Program-made: the position numbers and the translations under genes | Notes under the pieces: model-generated | Database searches by the model: none | What the model saw: the letters and a program-made list of their open reading frames with translations, nothing else | What the model was told of the DNA's origin: nothing | Part shown: positions 26,570-35,695 of the stretch, piece by piece | How positions within the stretch are numbered: the first letter of the stretch is position 1 | Layout: every line of letters begins with the position of its first letter | Assembly: GCA_043753995.1 (NCBI GenBank) | Contig: JAYUVP010000113.1 | Coordinates: 1 to 38,441 of the forward strand | Source of the DNA: Fibrobacterota bacterium | GTDB lineage: Bacteria > Fibrobacterota > Fibrobacteria > UBA11236 | DNA length: 38,441 nt | Direction of reading: 5' to 3'

Positions 26570-28444
26570 ATGAACGGACTGCATCGCATCCTGCAACTCG
26601 GCGGGCTGCTCACGGTCGTCGCTTTTGGCCAAAAGCTCGAAGACAGCACTTTTACCCTGAGGAACTGGGGTGGCTCGGCCTACCTCGATAACCTGGTCTC
26701 GGCGGAAGGTGTACTCCTGACCCATACCTATGGCGGGGGCATGTTCCGATCTTTGGACTTGGGGGTATCGTGGCATCCCTTCCCTCTGCCGGTGAACGGT
26801 TTCACCCACCCAGCTCAGACCCTTCTCCAATTCGATCCCACCGCGGGTCTTTTCTATGGATCCACTTTCGCTGGTATCTATGCCGCCACACCCTTGGGGG
26901 CAGGATGGACCCGGATTTTTGACGGCAGCCCATTTTGGTATTCCATGGACGGTGCCACCTTCGCCTCCAATGGCTGGCCTAAGGATGGGATCAACGTTTC
27001 CAGTGATGGTGGTCGGACATGGAAGACGGCCGACACTGTTGAGACTGGAGGTCTCCCCTTGGTGGCGGGCTCTTGCGTCTATGTTGCCCCTGGCGAAAAC
27101 CCGGTCTTGGTCAGCTGCGATGGAGGGACCACCTGGAAATCCGCCGTCGGAGACACCTTGAGCCTTTCCGTGAGAACCATGATTCGTCAGGAGAAGGCGG
27201 TGATGGCCCTGACCCAGCATGGTTTGGTGCGTACGGTGGATAGTGGTAAGTCCTGGGCTCGATGGCGCGGGAACCTAACCGAGGATTTTCTTCTCCGGGA
27301 TTTGAGCCAAGCCGGAAATTCCCTCTTCGCTTTTTCGGATTCCGTCGTCCATCGTTCCGTAGATGGCGGCAGGTCCTGGATGAAATTGTCCTCGTCGGAT
27401 TCCAGCCAAAATTTGCCGCTTTTAGCCGGAGAAATGGTCGAAGCCGGTGGTGCGCTGATCGCCAAATCCCGTCAAGGCCTCAAGAAAAGCACCGACAGCG
27501 GCCGCACCTGGAAACCGATTCCGATCCGCTCGATCCGAAGTCAAATCCATTCTCTCACCGCGCAGGGGAAGGTGATTCTGGCCCATGCGGACGAAGGAAT
27601 ATTCCTCTCCCAAGATTCTGGAGCCACTTGGGATTCGTCGCTCCCTGCTGCGGCTCGGCTTTCTTGGACGGCCTTCGCGGGATCGGCCGCTCTTCATGCG
27701 GCGGGTTCCCAGGATGGAAAGGTCCGGATTTCCACTGACGCTGGCACAAGTTGGACCAGGCCGCTTTCCTTCCCTTCCAATGCCCCCGTAAGCGGCTTGG
27801 CCTTTTTCGGAGGGACCCTCTTCGCAAGCTCCGCAGGCGGACTTTGGCGCCTGTCTTCAACGGACAGCCTTTGGGTCGCCGCTCCCCTTCCCGTCGCCGA
27901 TTCCATAATGACCCTTGCCTCAAGTGCAAATGCCTTGCTCCTCACAGCACGCTCTCATCTCTGGGTGATGCGCCCAGAGGGTTCTATGACCGACAAGAGT
28001 GCAGGAATCGAGATAAGCAAGGTCATGAGAGCCTGGATGATTGACGAGCGACTCTTCGCCTACACCTCCGACGGATTTCTCCACCAATGGAATCCCGGTA
28101 CGGCGGCCTGGGGCAAGCTCTCACCATTCTGCCGCCATATTCTATCGCTGGCAGGGAAAGGCAATCTCCTCGTGGCGGCCACCTATATGGGAACGGCCAT
28201 CTCCGAAGATGGGGGATCCACTTGGTATTCGATATCCAATAACTTCACCGCCCTGACTCTCAGCAATGGTGTTCTTTATGGGGGCGACAATGTGGGAGGC
28301 ATTTGGCGGAGTCGGCTGATCCTGCCCACGACCTGGATCCGATCCCCCGTCAGCCGCAAGGCGCGCTTGGGGGGCGCGCAAACTTTTCCTGCCGAACTTA
28401 TCGAAAGAGTTCGCCGCTTGGATGGCCGTTCGATCCCGCGCTGA
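26570..28444 (+). CDS. Secreted BNR/Asp-box beta-propeller protein
   Basis: Signal peptide; about nine SxDxGxT/SW Asp-boxes (SLDLGVSW, SSDGGRTW, SCDGGTTW, SVDGGRSW, STDSGRTW and others); basic C-terminal RRLDGR tail. Confidence 0.85.
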   Translation: MNGLHRILQLGGLLTVVAFGQKLEDSTFTLRNWGGSAYLDNLVSAEGVLLTHTYGGGMFRSLDLGVSWHPFPLPVNGFTHPAQTLLQFDPTAGLFYGSTFAGIYAATPLGAGWTRIFDGSPFWYSMDGATFASNGWPKDGINVSSDGGRTWKTADTVETGGLPLVAGSCVYVAPGENPVLVSCDGGTTWKSAVGDTLSLSVRTMIRQEKAVMALTQHGLVRTVDSGKSWARWRGNLTEDFLLRDLSQAGNSLFAFSDSVVHRSVDGGRSWMKLSSSDSSQNLPLLAGEMVEAGGALIAKSRQGLKKSTDSGRTWKPIPIRSIRSQIHSLTAQGKVILAHADEGIFLSQDSGATWDSSLPAAARLSWTAFAGSAALHAAGSQDGKVRISTDAGTSWTRPLSFPSNAPVSGLAFFGGTLFASSAGGLWRLSSTDSLWVAAPLPVADSIMTLASSANALLLTARSHLWVMRPEGSMTDKSAGIEISKVMRAWMIDERLFAYTSDGFLHQWNPGTAAWGKLSPFCRHILSLAGKGNLLVAATYMGTAISEDGGSTWYSISNNFTALTLSNGVLYGGDNVGGIWRSRLILPTTWIRSPVSRKARLGGAQTFPAELIERVRRLDGRSIPR

Positions 28445-28474
28445 TACACAGCATCCCAGGAACCTTGGCTTTTC

Positions 28475-29647
28475 CTAGCGCGGCATCCATAGCCGCCATC
28501 CCAGGCCCAACAGAGCCGCAGCGACCACAAGCCAGGGCTCCTTCAATTTCTTGAAACGCCAAAGCGCCGCCGCACTTAAAAGCGCCAGAGCTGCCATGGG
28601 AATGTCGGTGATCGTGCGCCGGGCCAGGACCACCACCGAGCCCGCGATGGCCCCCACGGAGGCCGCGGTGATGCCGTCCACGAAAGCCGCGATAGCAGGC
28701 AGTTTCCCGTATTTCCTGAAATACGGCGCGGGTATCACGGTCAATAAATAGCAGGGCAAGAAGACGCCCAATGCCGCCACGCAGGCACCAGGGAAACCCG
28801 CCACCAGATAGCCGATAAACCCTACCGTGATGACCACCGGCCCGGGCGTGATCATGGCCACGGCCACCGCGTCCAGGAATTCGCGTTGGGTGAGCCACTC
28901 ATATTCCTTGACCACACCGCCATAAAGGAAGGGCACAATGGCCAAGCCGGATCCGAATACGAAGGCGCCCGCCTTGCCGAAAAACACCCCCATCTGAAGC
29001 AGGGAGACGGTGTGAAGGGTTCCCGAACCAGCCCCAAAAAGAGAAGGGAGGGCCGATAATGGCAAAAAGGCCGGGGCCTTTCCAGAAAATCGTGGTCCGC
29101 ATCGCCAAAACCAAACCAAGGCACCCGCGGCCACGAATAGCCAGGCCTCTTCCGATTCGGTAATGGCGGTAATCGCCGCGAGGGCGAGAAATACGAGCCA
29201 TAGCAGCCAATCCTTACCGATGTATTTCGCGGTGAGCTTACGGGCACTGACCGCAATGATGCCGATGACGGCGGAGCCGACTCCATAAAAAACAGCCTGC
29301 ATCCAAGGAAGGCCGCCATACCTCACATAGGCCCATCCTATGGCGACCACCATGAAAAACGATGGCAGGACAAAGGCGATTCCCGACAAGGTGGCGCCTA
29401 GAATTCCATAATGCACATAACCCAGATAAATCGCCAGTTGCGCGGCCAAGGGTCCGGGCGCGATTTGCGACAGGGCCATGCCTTCCTTATAATCGGCTTC
29501 AGAAATCCAGCGACGTTCTTCCACCAAGTCGCGGTGCATATACCCCACCAGGGCCACGGGGCCCCCGAATCCGAAAGTCCCGAGGGACAGCATGTAGTAG
29601 GTGAGATCCCAAAGGGAATAGGACGGTCGAGATTCAGGTTCCGACAT
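28475..29647 (-). CDS. chrA: Long-chain chromate transporter (CHR family)
   Basis: Duplicated CHR domains: GFGGP...APGP and FGSGL...TPGP; multi-TM. Confidence 0.92.
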   Translation of the reverse strand: MSEPESRPSYSLWDLTYYMLSLGTFGFGGPVALVGYMHRDLVEERRWISEADYKEGMALSQIAPGPLAAQLAIYLGYVHYGILGATLSGIAFVLPSFFMVVAIGWAYVRYGGLPWMQAVFYGVGSAVIGIIAVSARKLTAKYIGKDWLLWLVFLALAAITAITESEEAWLFVAAGALVWFWRCGPRFSGKAPAFLPLSALPSLFGAGSGTLHTVSLLQMGVFFGKAGAFVFGSGLAIVPFLYGGVVKEYEWLTQREFLDAVAVAMITPGPVVITVGFIGYLVAGFPGACVAALGVFLPCYLLTVIPAPYFRKYGKLPAIAAFVDGITAASVGAIAGSVVVLARRTITDIPMAALALLSAAALWRFKKLKEPWLVVAAALLGLGWRLWMPR

Positions 29648-29835
29648 TGCGTTTTCCTCAACCCACCCCTGAAACTTTTCAATGGGACGCTAAACTGGAC
29701 TCCTGGCCAGGCGGAAACCAGATCTAAAAAAACACCTTATATAGGGTGTTGGTTGTAATCCAGGAAAAAAGGGTCCGCAGAACCCGGACTCCCAGGGGGC
29801 AAGGCCACTTGCGGATGCGGCCCCGCCCCTCGCTC

Positions 29836-29881
29836 CGGCCCGCCTGACTCCGCTGGCCCGGTCGGCCTACGCTACCCCACC
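29836..29881. repeat. GC-rich REP-like intergenic repeat, copy 2
   Basis: CGGCCCGCCTGACTCCGCTGGCCCGGTCGGCCTACGCTACCCCACC; same orientation as copy 1. Confidence 0.6.
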
Positions 29882-30048
29882 CAAATTGACCTGGATTTGA
29901 CAAAAGCCTTCTCCCCCGGGTGATTTCTTCCGCTCCTCCTTGCAAATCCGCATGACAAATTGCTTCATGTCCTCAATTGTCACGCGTAAATGTCAGACAA
30001 TTAGGGCAACAATGTTGGTCAATGCAAGAATTGTCGGTATTGTGGCCC

Positions 30049-30064
30049 TGGATCGGCAATTGCT
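30049..30064 (+). promoter_or_regulatory. Putative sigma54 promoter of ATP-grasp/alpha-E operon
   Basis: TGGATCG-GCAA-TTGCT; GG-N10-GC exact; TGACA/TGTCA sites at 29953, 29978, 29991 upstream. Confidence 0.6.
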
Positions 30065-30110
30065 CATGCCAATAGGGGTGACGATTTAAGTCGCAATTGA
30101 GGAGGGTTAC

Positions 30111-31592
30111 ATGGGCTTTGGAGATTATCGCCTGGACGGATTCTGGGATGAAATGTTCGCCTCTCCCGGGCGACCGAGACCGACAACCAAAACCTTGTAC
30201 CAAATTCTCGACAGCTTGCCAGCCGATGAAATCAAGACCCGACAACAAGCCGCCGAGCGCGCCTTGCTGCATTTGGGCATCACCTTCAATGTCTATGGCG
30301 ATGAGAGAGGGCAAGAAAAGATTTTCCCCTTCGACATATTGCCGCGCATCATTGAAGAGACCGAATGGGATGAGGTCGAGCGCGGCTTGAAGCAAAGGCT
30401 ACGGGCCTTGAATATGTTCCTCGATGATATCTATCACGATCAAAAAATTTTAAAAGACAAAATCATGCCTCGAGAAGTGGTCGAGGTGTCGGTGGGCTTT
30501 TCTCCTGTCTGCCGTTCCATTCGCCCACCCTTGGGAGTGTGGTGCCATATTTCCGGCACCGATTTGGTACGCGATGGCGATGGCCGCTTCACCGTGCTCG
30601 AAGACAATTTGCGCTGCCCCTCGGGCGTGTCTTATGTGCTGGGCAATCGCGCCGTCATGAAGCGCACTTTTCCGCGCCTATTTGAAGCCATTGAGCCTCG
30701 TCCTGTCGACGACTATTCGTCCAAGCTCTTGGAAATGCTGCAATCGCTTGCCCCCTGGAGCCCCAGCCCGCGCGTGGCCCTGCTCACGCCCGGCATGCAC
30801 AATTCCGCCTATTTCGAGCATTGCTTTCTTGCCCAGCAAATGGGTATTGAATTGGTGACGGGCCCCGACTTGCATGTGCGTGATGGCATGGTTTATATGC
30901 GCACCACGCGCGGATACGAACGCATCGACGTGCTCTATCGCCGCATCGACGACGATTTTCTCGATCCCCAGGTATTCCGGCCTGATTCGGTTTTGGGCGT
31001 GCCCGGCTTGATGGAAGCGTATCGCCGTGGCAAGGTGGCCGTGGTGAATGCGCCCGGGACAGGCGTGGCCGACGACAAGGTGGTTTATGCCTATGTGCCT
31101 AAGATGATCAAGTATTATCTAGGCGAAGAGGCAATTTTGCCCAATGTCGAAACCTGGGTCGGCCATGAGCCCACGGATTTGAAATTCATGCTCGAAAATC
31201 TTGAGAAGCTGGTGATCAAAACCGCCGAGGGTTCGGGTGGCTATGGCGTTCTCATCGGCCCGCATGCCGACAAGGTGACCTTGGAAAAATGGCGTGCCCG
31301 CGTCGTGGAAAATCCATCGGGCTTTATTGCCCAGACCACGCTTTCGCTCTCGCGCAGCCCCGTGCTCGTCGACGGGCAATGGGAAGGCCGGCATATCGAC
31401 TTGCGCCCCTTCGCCCTTTTCGGCAAATCGATTTATGTCTTGCCCGGCGGCCTGACGCGCGTCGCCTTACGTAAAGGCAGCCTGGTCGTCAATAGCTCGC
31501 AGGGTGGAGGCAGCAAGGATACCTGGGTGGTGCCTAGTCCTCGAACCTCGATCGACACCCAAACCGAAGGGTTGGCCATGGCCCTCGCCTGA
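30111..31592 (+). CDS. Circularly permuted type 2 ATP-grasp protein
   Basis: GAGGAGG RBS; GITFNVY, VLEDNLRCPSGVSY, NSAYFEH, YRRIDDDFLDP, GVADDK, VVNSSQGGGSKDTWV. Confidence 0.95.
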   Translation: MGFGDYRLDGFWDEMFASPGRPRPTTKTLYQILDSLPADEIKTRQQAAERALLHLGITFNVYGDERGQEKIFPFDILPRIIEETEWDEVERGLKQRLRALNMFLDDIYHDQKILKDKIMPREVVEVSVGFSPVCRSIRPPLGVWCHISGTDLVRDGDGRFTVLEDNLRCPSGVSYVLGNRAVMKRTFPRLFEAIEPRPVDDYSSKLLEMLQSLAPWSPSPRVALLTPGMHNSAYFEHCFLAQQMGIELVTGPDLHVRDGMVYMRTTRGYERIDVLYRRIDDDFLDPQVFRPDSVLGVPGLMEAYRRGKVAVVNAPGTGVADDKVVYAYVPKMIKYYLGEEAILPNVETWVGHEPTDLKFMLENLEKLVIKTAEGSGGYGVLIGPHADKVTLEKWRARVVENPSGFIAQTTLSLSRSPVLVDGQWEGRHIDLRPFALFGKSIYVLPGGLTRVALRKGSLVVNSSQGGGSKDTWVVPSPRTSIDTQTEGLAMALA

Positions 31593-31643
31593 GGTAACTT
31601 ATAAGTTACCCAGGGACGGGCATCGCCGCAAACGAATACGAAT

Positions 31644-32630
31644 ATGCTGAGCCGAACCGCCGATAGTATTTATTGGATGAGCCGTTATATGGAGCGCGCC
31701 GAGAATGTGGCGCGTTTCATCGCGGTCAACTTGCAAGCCTTGCTGGATTTGCCGCTGGGCTTTCGCGAACAATGGGAGCCGCTGGTCATCACCTCGGGCG
31801 ATCAGGAGCTCTTCGCCGAACACTATGGTGATCCCGATGAATTTGCGACCAAGGCCAATGTGCTGCGCTTCCTGACCTTCGACAAGGAAAATCCCAATAG
31901 CATTTTGTCCTGCGTGTCCTGGGCGCGCGAAAATGCCCGTCAAGTCAGGCAAATAGTCAGTGTGGAAATGTGGGAGGCGCTGAACACCTTTTATTTGCGC
32001 CTGCATAGCCCGGCCGCTCCCGATCAAGCCGAAAACAATCCGTCGGATTTCTTTCGCGATGTGCGCGAAGGGGTGCAGCTATTCGGCGGCATCGCCGAAG
32101 CGACCTTGGCGCGAGACGAAGCCTGGCATTTTTTCCAGCTTGGTCGATGGCTGGAGCGGGCCGACAAGACTTCGCGCATACTCGACGTGAAGTATTTCAT
32201 CCTGCTTCCCAAGCCCAGCGACATCAATTCGGTGGTCGACGACTTGCTTTGGGGCGTACTTTTGCATTCGGTATCGGGTTATGAATTATTCCGGCGTGCG
32301 CATGGGCGCATCACACCCGAGCGCGTGGTGGGCTTTCTTCTGCTCTCACGGGAATTCCCACGGTCGGTGCTTTTCTGTCTAGAAGAAGCCGAGCGTAGCC
32401 TTTTGGCAATCAGCGGCACGCCTTCGGGGACTTATCGCCTTGAGTCGGAAAAATTGCTCTCGCGTTTGCGATCCGAGTTGGCCTATGCTTCGGTGACTGA
32501 GCTCCTGAATGCCGGCCTGCATGAATTCCTCGATGGCCTGCAGACGCGCCTGAATGCAGTCGGCTCCGCGCTCGATGGCAGTTTTTTCACCATGGCGCCT
32601 GAAGCGGGCATGAAGCAATTGCAGCAATAA
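31644..32630 (+). CDS. Alpha-E domain protein
   Basis: MLSRTADSIYWMSRYMERAEN, ARENAR, GRWLERAD, FPRS. Confidence 0.95.
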   Translation: MLSRTADSIYWMSRYMERAENVARFIAVNLQALLDLPLGFREQWEPLVITSGDQELFAEHYGDPDEFATKANVLRFLTFDKENPNSILSCVSWARENARQVRQIVSVEMWEALNTFYLRLHSPAAPDQAENNPSDFFRDVREGVQLFGGIAEATLARDEAWHFFQLGRWLERADKTSRILDVKYFILLPKPSDINSVVDDLLWGVLLHSVSGYELFRRAHGRITPERVVGFLLLSREFPRSVLFCLEEAERSLLAISGTPSGTYRLESEKLLSRLRSELAYASVTELLNAGLHEFLDGLQTRLNAVGSALDGSFFTMAPEAGMKQLQQ

Positions 32631-32643
32631 GAGGTCAAGCATT

Positions 32644-32677
32644 AAAAAAGCGTCCGGCATGGGAATGCCGGACGCTT
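32644..32677. terminator. Intrinsic terminator between convergent genes (U-tract on minus strand)
   Basis: Perfect 13-bp stem AAGCGTCCGGCAT-GGGA-ATGCCGGACGCTT preceded by an A-tract. Confidence 0.85.
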
Positions 32678-32698
32678 GGCCTATGTAAATCGGCGCGA

Positions 32699-33361
32699 TT
32701 AGTTCGCGGCCGGAACGAAACCCTCCTGAATGGCCTTCCCCAGAGCTCGCGCGGGTATTTCAGAGAAACGCTTCAATTGATTTTTGGCTTTCAATTCGAC
32801 CAGCACGTCCTTATCCAACTTGTCTAAGTGGTTCGACCCCTGGTATTGATAAAAGGCCAGGGAAACATCACTTAGTGCGGCGTCGGAAAGCCGGGTATTG
32901 GGAATCTTGACCACGATATCCACATCTTCGATCGAATCGAAGTGATGCCCTTGCGATTTGCTTTGCTTAGGGTCGGGAAAGGCGCGTCTTTCAAAGGGAT
33001 CGGCTAGGCCTTGGGTGCCAATGACTTCGGTTCCCTTGGTGACTTCATAAAGGAAGCCGCCGCCGGTGGCTTCGGGCATGAGCGGTTCGCCGACGACTTC
33101 GGTGGCATGCAGCAATTTCATCTTGCCGTCCTTGCTTACGCGAAAGACGCAATGCAAATAAGCTTTATCGCTCTTAGCCGATGGGGCCGTGGCCAAGGCC
33201 GTGGCTTTTCCAGAGGCGACCTGGGACTGAGCGCGGGGTTTATCCGCCAATTGCTTTTGCGATTCTGCCATGGGATCGGCGGCATGCGCCGATACGGCGA
33301 GAGTCATGCTGGCGAGCAGGGCTAGGCAAGCTAGGCTCCGCTTGGAGTGGATTCGATGCAT
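32699..33361 (-). CDS. Secreted hypothetical protein (220 aa), downstream of M64 peptidase
   Basis: GAGGA RBS before ATG 33361; signal peptide ending AHA; no recognisable domain. Confidence 0.75.
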   Translation of the reverse strand: MHRIHSKRSLACLALLASMTLAVSAHAADPMAESQKQLADKPRAQSQVASGKATALATAPSAKSDKAYLHCVFRVSKDGKMKLLHATEVVGEPLMPEATGGGFLYEVTKGTEVIGTQGLADPFERRAFPDPKQSKSQGHHFDSIEDVDIVVKIPNTRLSDAALSDVSLAFYQYQGSNHLDKLDKDVLVELKAKNQLKRFSEIPARALGKAIQEGFVPAAN

Positions 33362-33426
33362 GGAATGTCCTCGATAGAAAAAGTGTGAAACGTTCTGGCT
33401 GTCGGTGTTCGCTGGGCGGCGCGCGA

Positions 33427-35559
33427 TCATGGGAAGCCGTCCGACCAGGGAGCCGCGTCGGAAAGCGCGGTATAAAGCCAGTGATAATAAATGCGATCGA
33501 AGGTCAGGCCACCTGCGGTCTTGCGAATCAAGCCGAACCATTCATTATTGTGTATGTACAATCCGCTGGTGCCGATACCGCCGGGATAATTCGCTGGCGT
33601 CAACAAGTCTACCGAACCCAAATTCCATCCGCCTATCCAATCGGTGACAAAGGTCCCTGTGAGGCCCAAGCCGCTGGAGGTCAAGGCGCCCAGTCTTTCC
33701 GCACCCGATACCGAGGTATTGAATGCGTAGAGGTCGTCTCTCCCGTCATTGTTCACGTCGGCGACTTGAAACTTATCTGCCGCTCCCAAAACCCAGCTGG
33801 AGAGATAATATCCCGATCCCGGTGAATTATTATAAGCGGTGAGATAAGTGAGATCCGTGCCGCTCGATTTCAGCATATAGAGATAGGCCAGGGTGCCCGT
33901 ATTGTTGAATACGTAAAGATCCGAGCGATTGTCGCCGTCGAAATCGCCTACGAAAACCTTATCATTGAGTTTCAAGTTATAAGTGGCCGCGACATTGGTG
34001 AAGGTTTTTACGAAGGCGAATGCTGGCCCGGTGGATTGAATCATGCCTAAATACTTGGTCGCGCCCCAGTCGACATTGTTCATGATATACAGATCCGTCC
34101 GTCCATCATTGTTGAAGTCGCCGAGAAAGTGTTGGTCATTGGGCTGCATGGTCCAAGAGGTCAAGGTGGTATGGGTATAGACCGAGCTGGTTACAGCGGT
34201 GCCTGAAGAGAGAAAGGTTCCCACCCAAGGCGTGCCCCAGGTGGCTCCATTGGCGACGAAGAGATCGGCCCGGTTATCGCCGTCGAAATCGCCAACTTGA
34301 TATTTGTCACCCGCCGACATATACCAGCTTCCCCCGAGTACGGCGGAATAAAACTTGATGCACTGAAATCCCGTGCCTGTCGACTTGAGCATGCCCATGG
34401 CATTGACGCCGTTGAAGACATACAAATCGTCCTTGCCGTCATTGTCGAAATCGCCGGGGAAGAATTGATCGCCGGGGCTCAAAGTCCAAACCGCGCCGCC
34501 GGGGCCGGCCGGAATGGTATTGTTGTGCGCCTCGGTGAAGCTCAAAGTATAAGGCGCAGCGCTGACGCTATAGAGATGCAAATCGCCGCCATTGTGCAGC
34601 ACAACATCGTCTTTGTTGTCTCCGGAGAAATCCAGCGAAATCGTCTTGGAAAAATTATGTGCCAAGGGCGGGTAAAGCATTTTCTTCATGTGGGTGTAGC
34701 AAACCGGGCAATAATTGGGCGTATTGCCATTCATGCGGCAATTATTGACAGGACGGTAAATGCCTGAATTGTAGGTTCCGCAGCCGGTGAAAGCACCCAC
34801 GGTGCGATTGGCGTCCATGCCCGCTCCGAAAGTAGTGGGCAAGGCGGTTGCTGGAGAAACGAAGCGCTTCCAGTAAATGCTGGTGCTGGTCAAATCAGTG
34901 GTGCAATTGATGCCATTGAGTGCTGCGCCGGTATAGGGGCGGGACGTCGTGTATTCATCTCGCAAGCCGCCGATGCCGTGACCGAATTCATGTGCTACTA
35001 CGGGCCAACTGCTGGTGCGAGTCACCACTTGTCTTCCCCCGCCGCCGCAACCACCGAAGCCATTATTGTTCAGGATAATGACAACGAAATCATAGTTCGG
35101 GACATTGGCCGCCAAGGCATTGCTAATCAAGGTGTTGGTGGTTGCCGACGGCTCCATCCAACAATGAGCCCAGGATCCGGAATAGATATACTTGAGGGCC
35201 GTATTGCGCATAGTGGTGCTGACGATGATGTCGTCGCTAGCATCATTCGGTGTCCCGTTTTCATTGTAGACACGGGTGCTGACCGTGCTGTCCACCGAAA
35301 TCAAATTGGCGCGGTAAACATTAAAAGCATTCTGATTTTCTTTGAAAAAATCATTACCAAATACCCCATTGGTGATGAGGTTGGTCACGTCCGTATTGAA
35401 AGCCGCCTGCTGCGAGGCATTAAAGCCATCGCCCAGAATGGCGATGATTTTTTTGCCCGCATCGGGTCCATTGTCGATGATTTTGGTGGCCGCGGCATGA
35501 GCGCCCGCGGCGAAAATCAGGAGAGATCCAATAAGTAAAGATCGGTCCGTATGTTTCAT
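33427..35559 (-). CDS. Secreted M64-family metallopeptidase with FG-GAP/VCBS repeats
   Basis: Signal peptide; ILGDGF, HEFGHGIGGLRDEY zinc motif, YRP..CRM...CPVC; six (G)DFDGD-type repeats. Confidence 0.88.
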   Translation of the reverse strand: MKHTDRSLLIGSLLIFAAGAHAAATKIIDNGPDAGKKIIAILGDGFNASQQAAFNTDVTNLITNGVFGNDFFKENQNAFNVYRANLISVDSTVSTRVYNENGTPNDASDDIIVSTTMRNTALKYIYSGSWAHCWMEPSATTNTLISNALAANVPNYDFVVIILNNNGFGGCGGGGRQVVTRTSSWPVVAHEFGHGIGGLRDEYTTSRPYTGAALNGINCTTDLTSTSIYWKRFVSPATALPTTFGAGMDANRTVGAFTGCGTYNSGIYRPVNNCRMNGNTPNYCPVCYTHMKKMLYPPLAHNFSKTISLDFSGDNKDDVVLHNGGDLHLYSVSAAPYTLSFTEAHNNTIPAGPGGAVWTLSPGDQFFPGDFDNDGKDDLYVFNGVNAMGMLKSTGTGFQCIKFYSAVLGGSWYMSAGDKYQVGDFDGDNRADLFVANGATWGTPWVGTFLSSGTAVTSSVYTHTTLTSWTMQPNDQHFLGDFNNDGRTDLYIMNNVDWGATKYLGMIQSTGPAFAFVKTFTNVAATYNLKLNDKVFVGDFDGDNRSDLYVFNNTGTLAYLYMLKSSGTDLTYLTAYNNSPGSGYYLSSWVLGAADKFQVADVNNDGRDDLYAFNTSVSGAERLGALTSSGLGLTGTFVTDWIGGWNLGSVDLLTPANYPGGIGTSGLYIHNNEWFGLIRKTAGGLTFDRIYYHWLYTALSDAAPWSDGFP

Positions 35560-35695
35560 GTTTTCCTTTCCAAGGGGTGAATGTCGGAGACAAAGTTCCC
35601 TGGCTTGGGGGCCATTGAACTTCGCGCCGCATCATTGGATGGAAAACAAGTGAAATGGGTAACACTTTATTGGAATAGAAAAATCACTCTTGACA

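Noticed and set aside
33362..33541. 60-aa N-terminal extension of the M64 partner ORF
   Set aside because: Overlaps the peptidase 3' end; RBS and signal peptide indicate start at 33361
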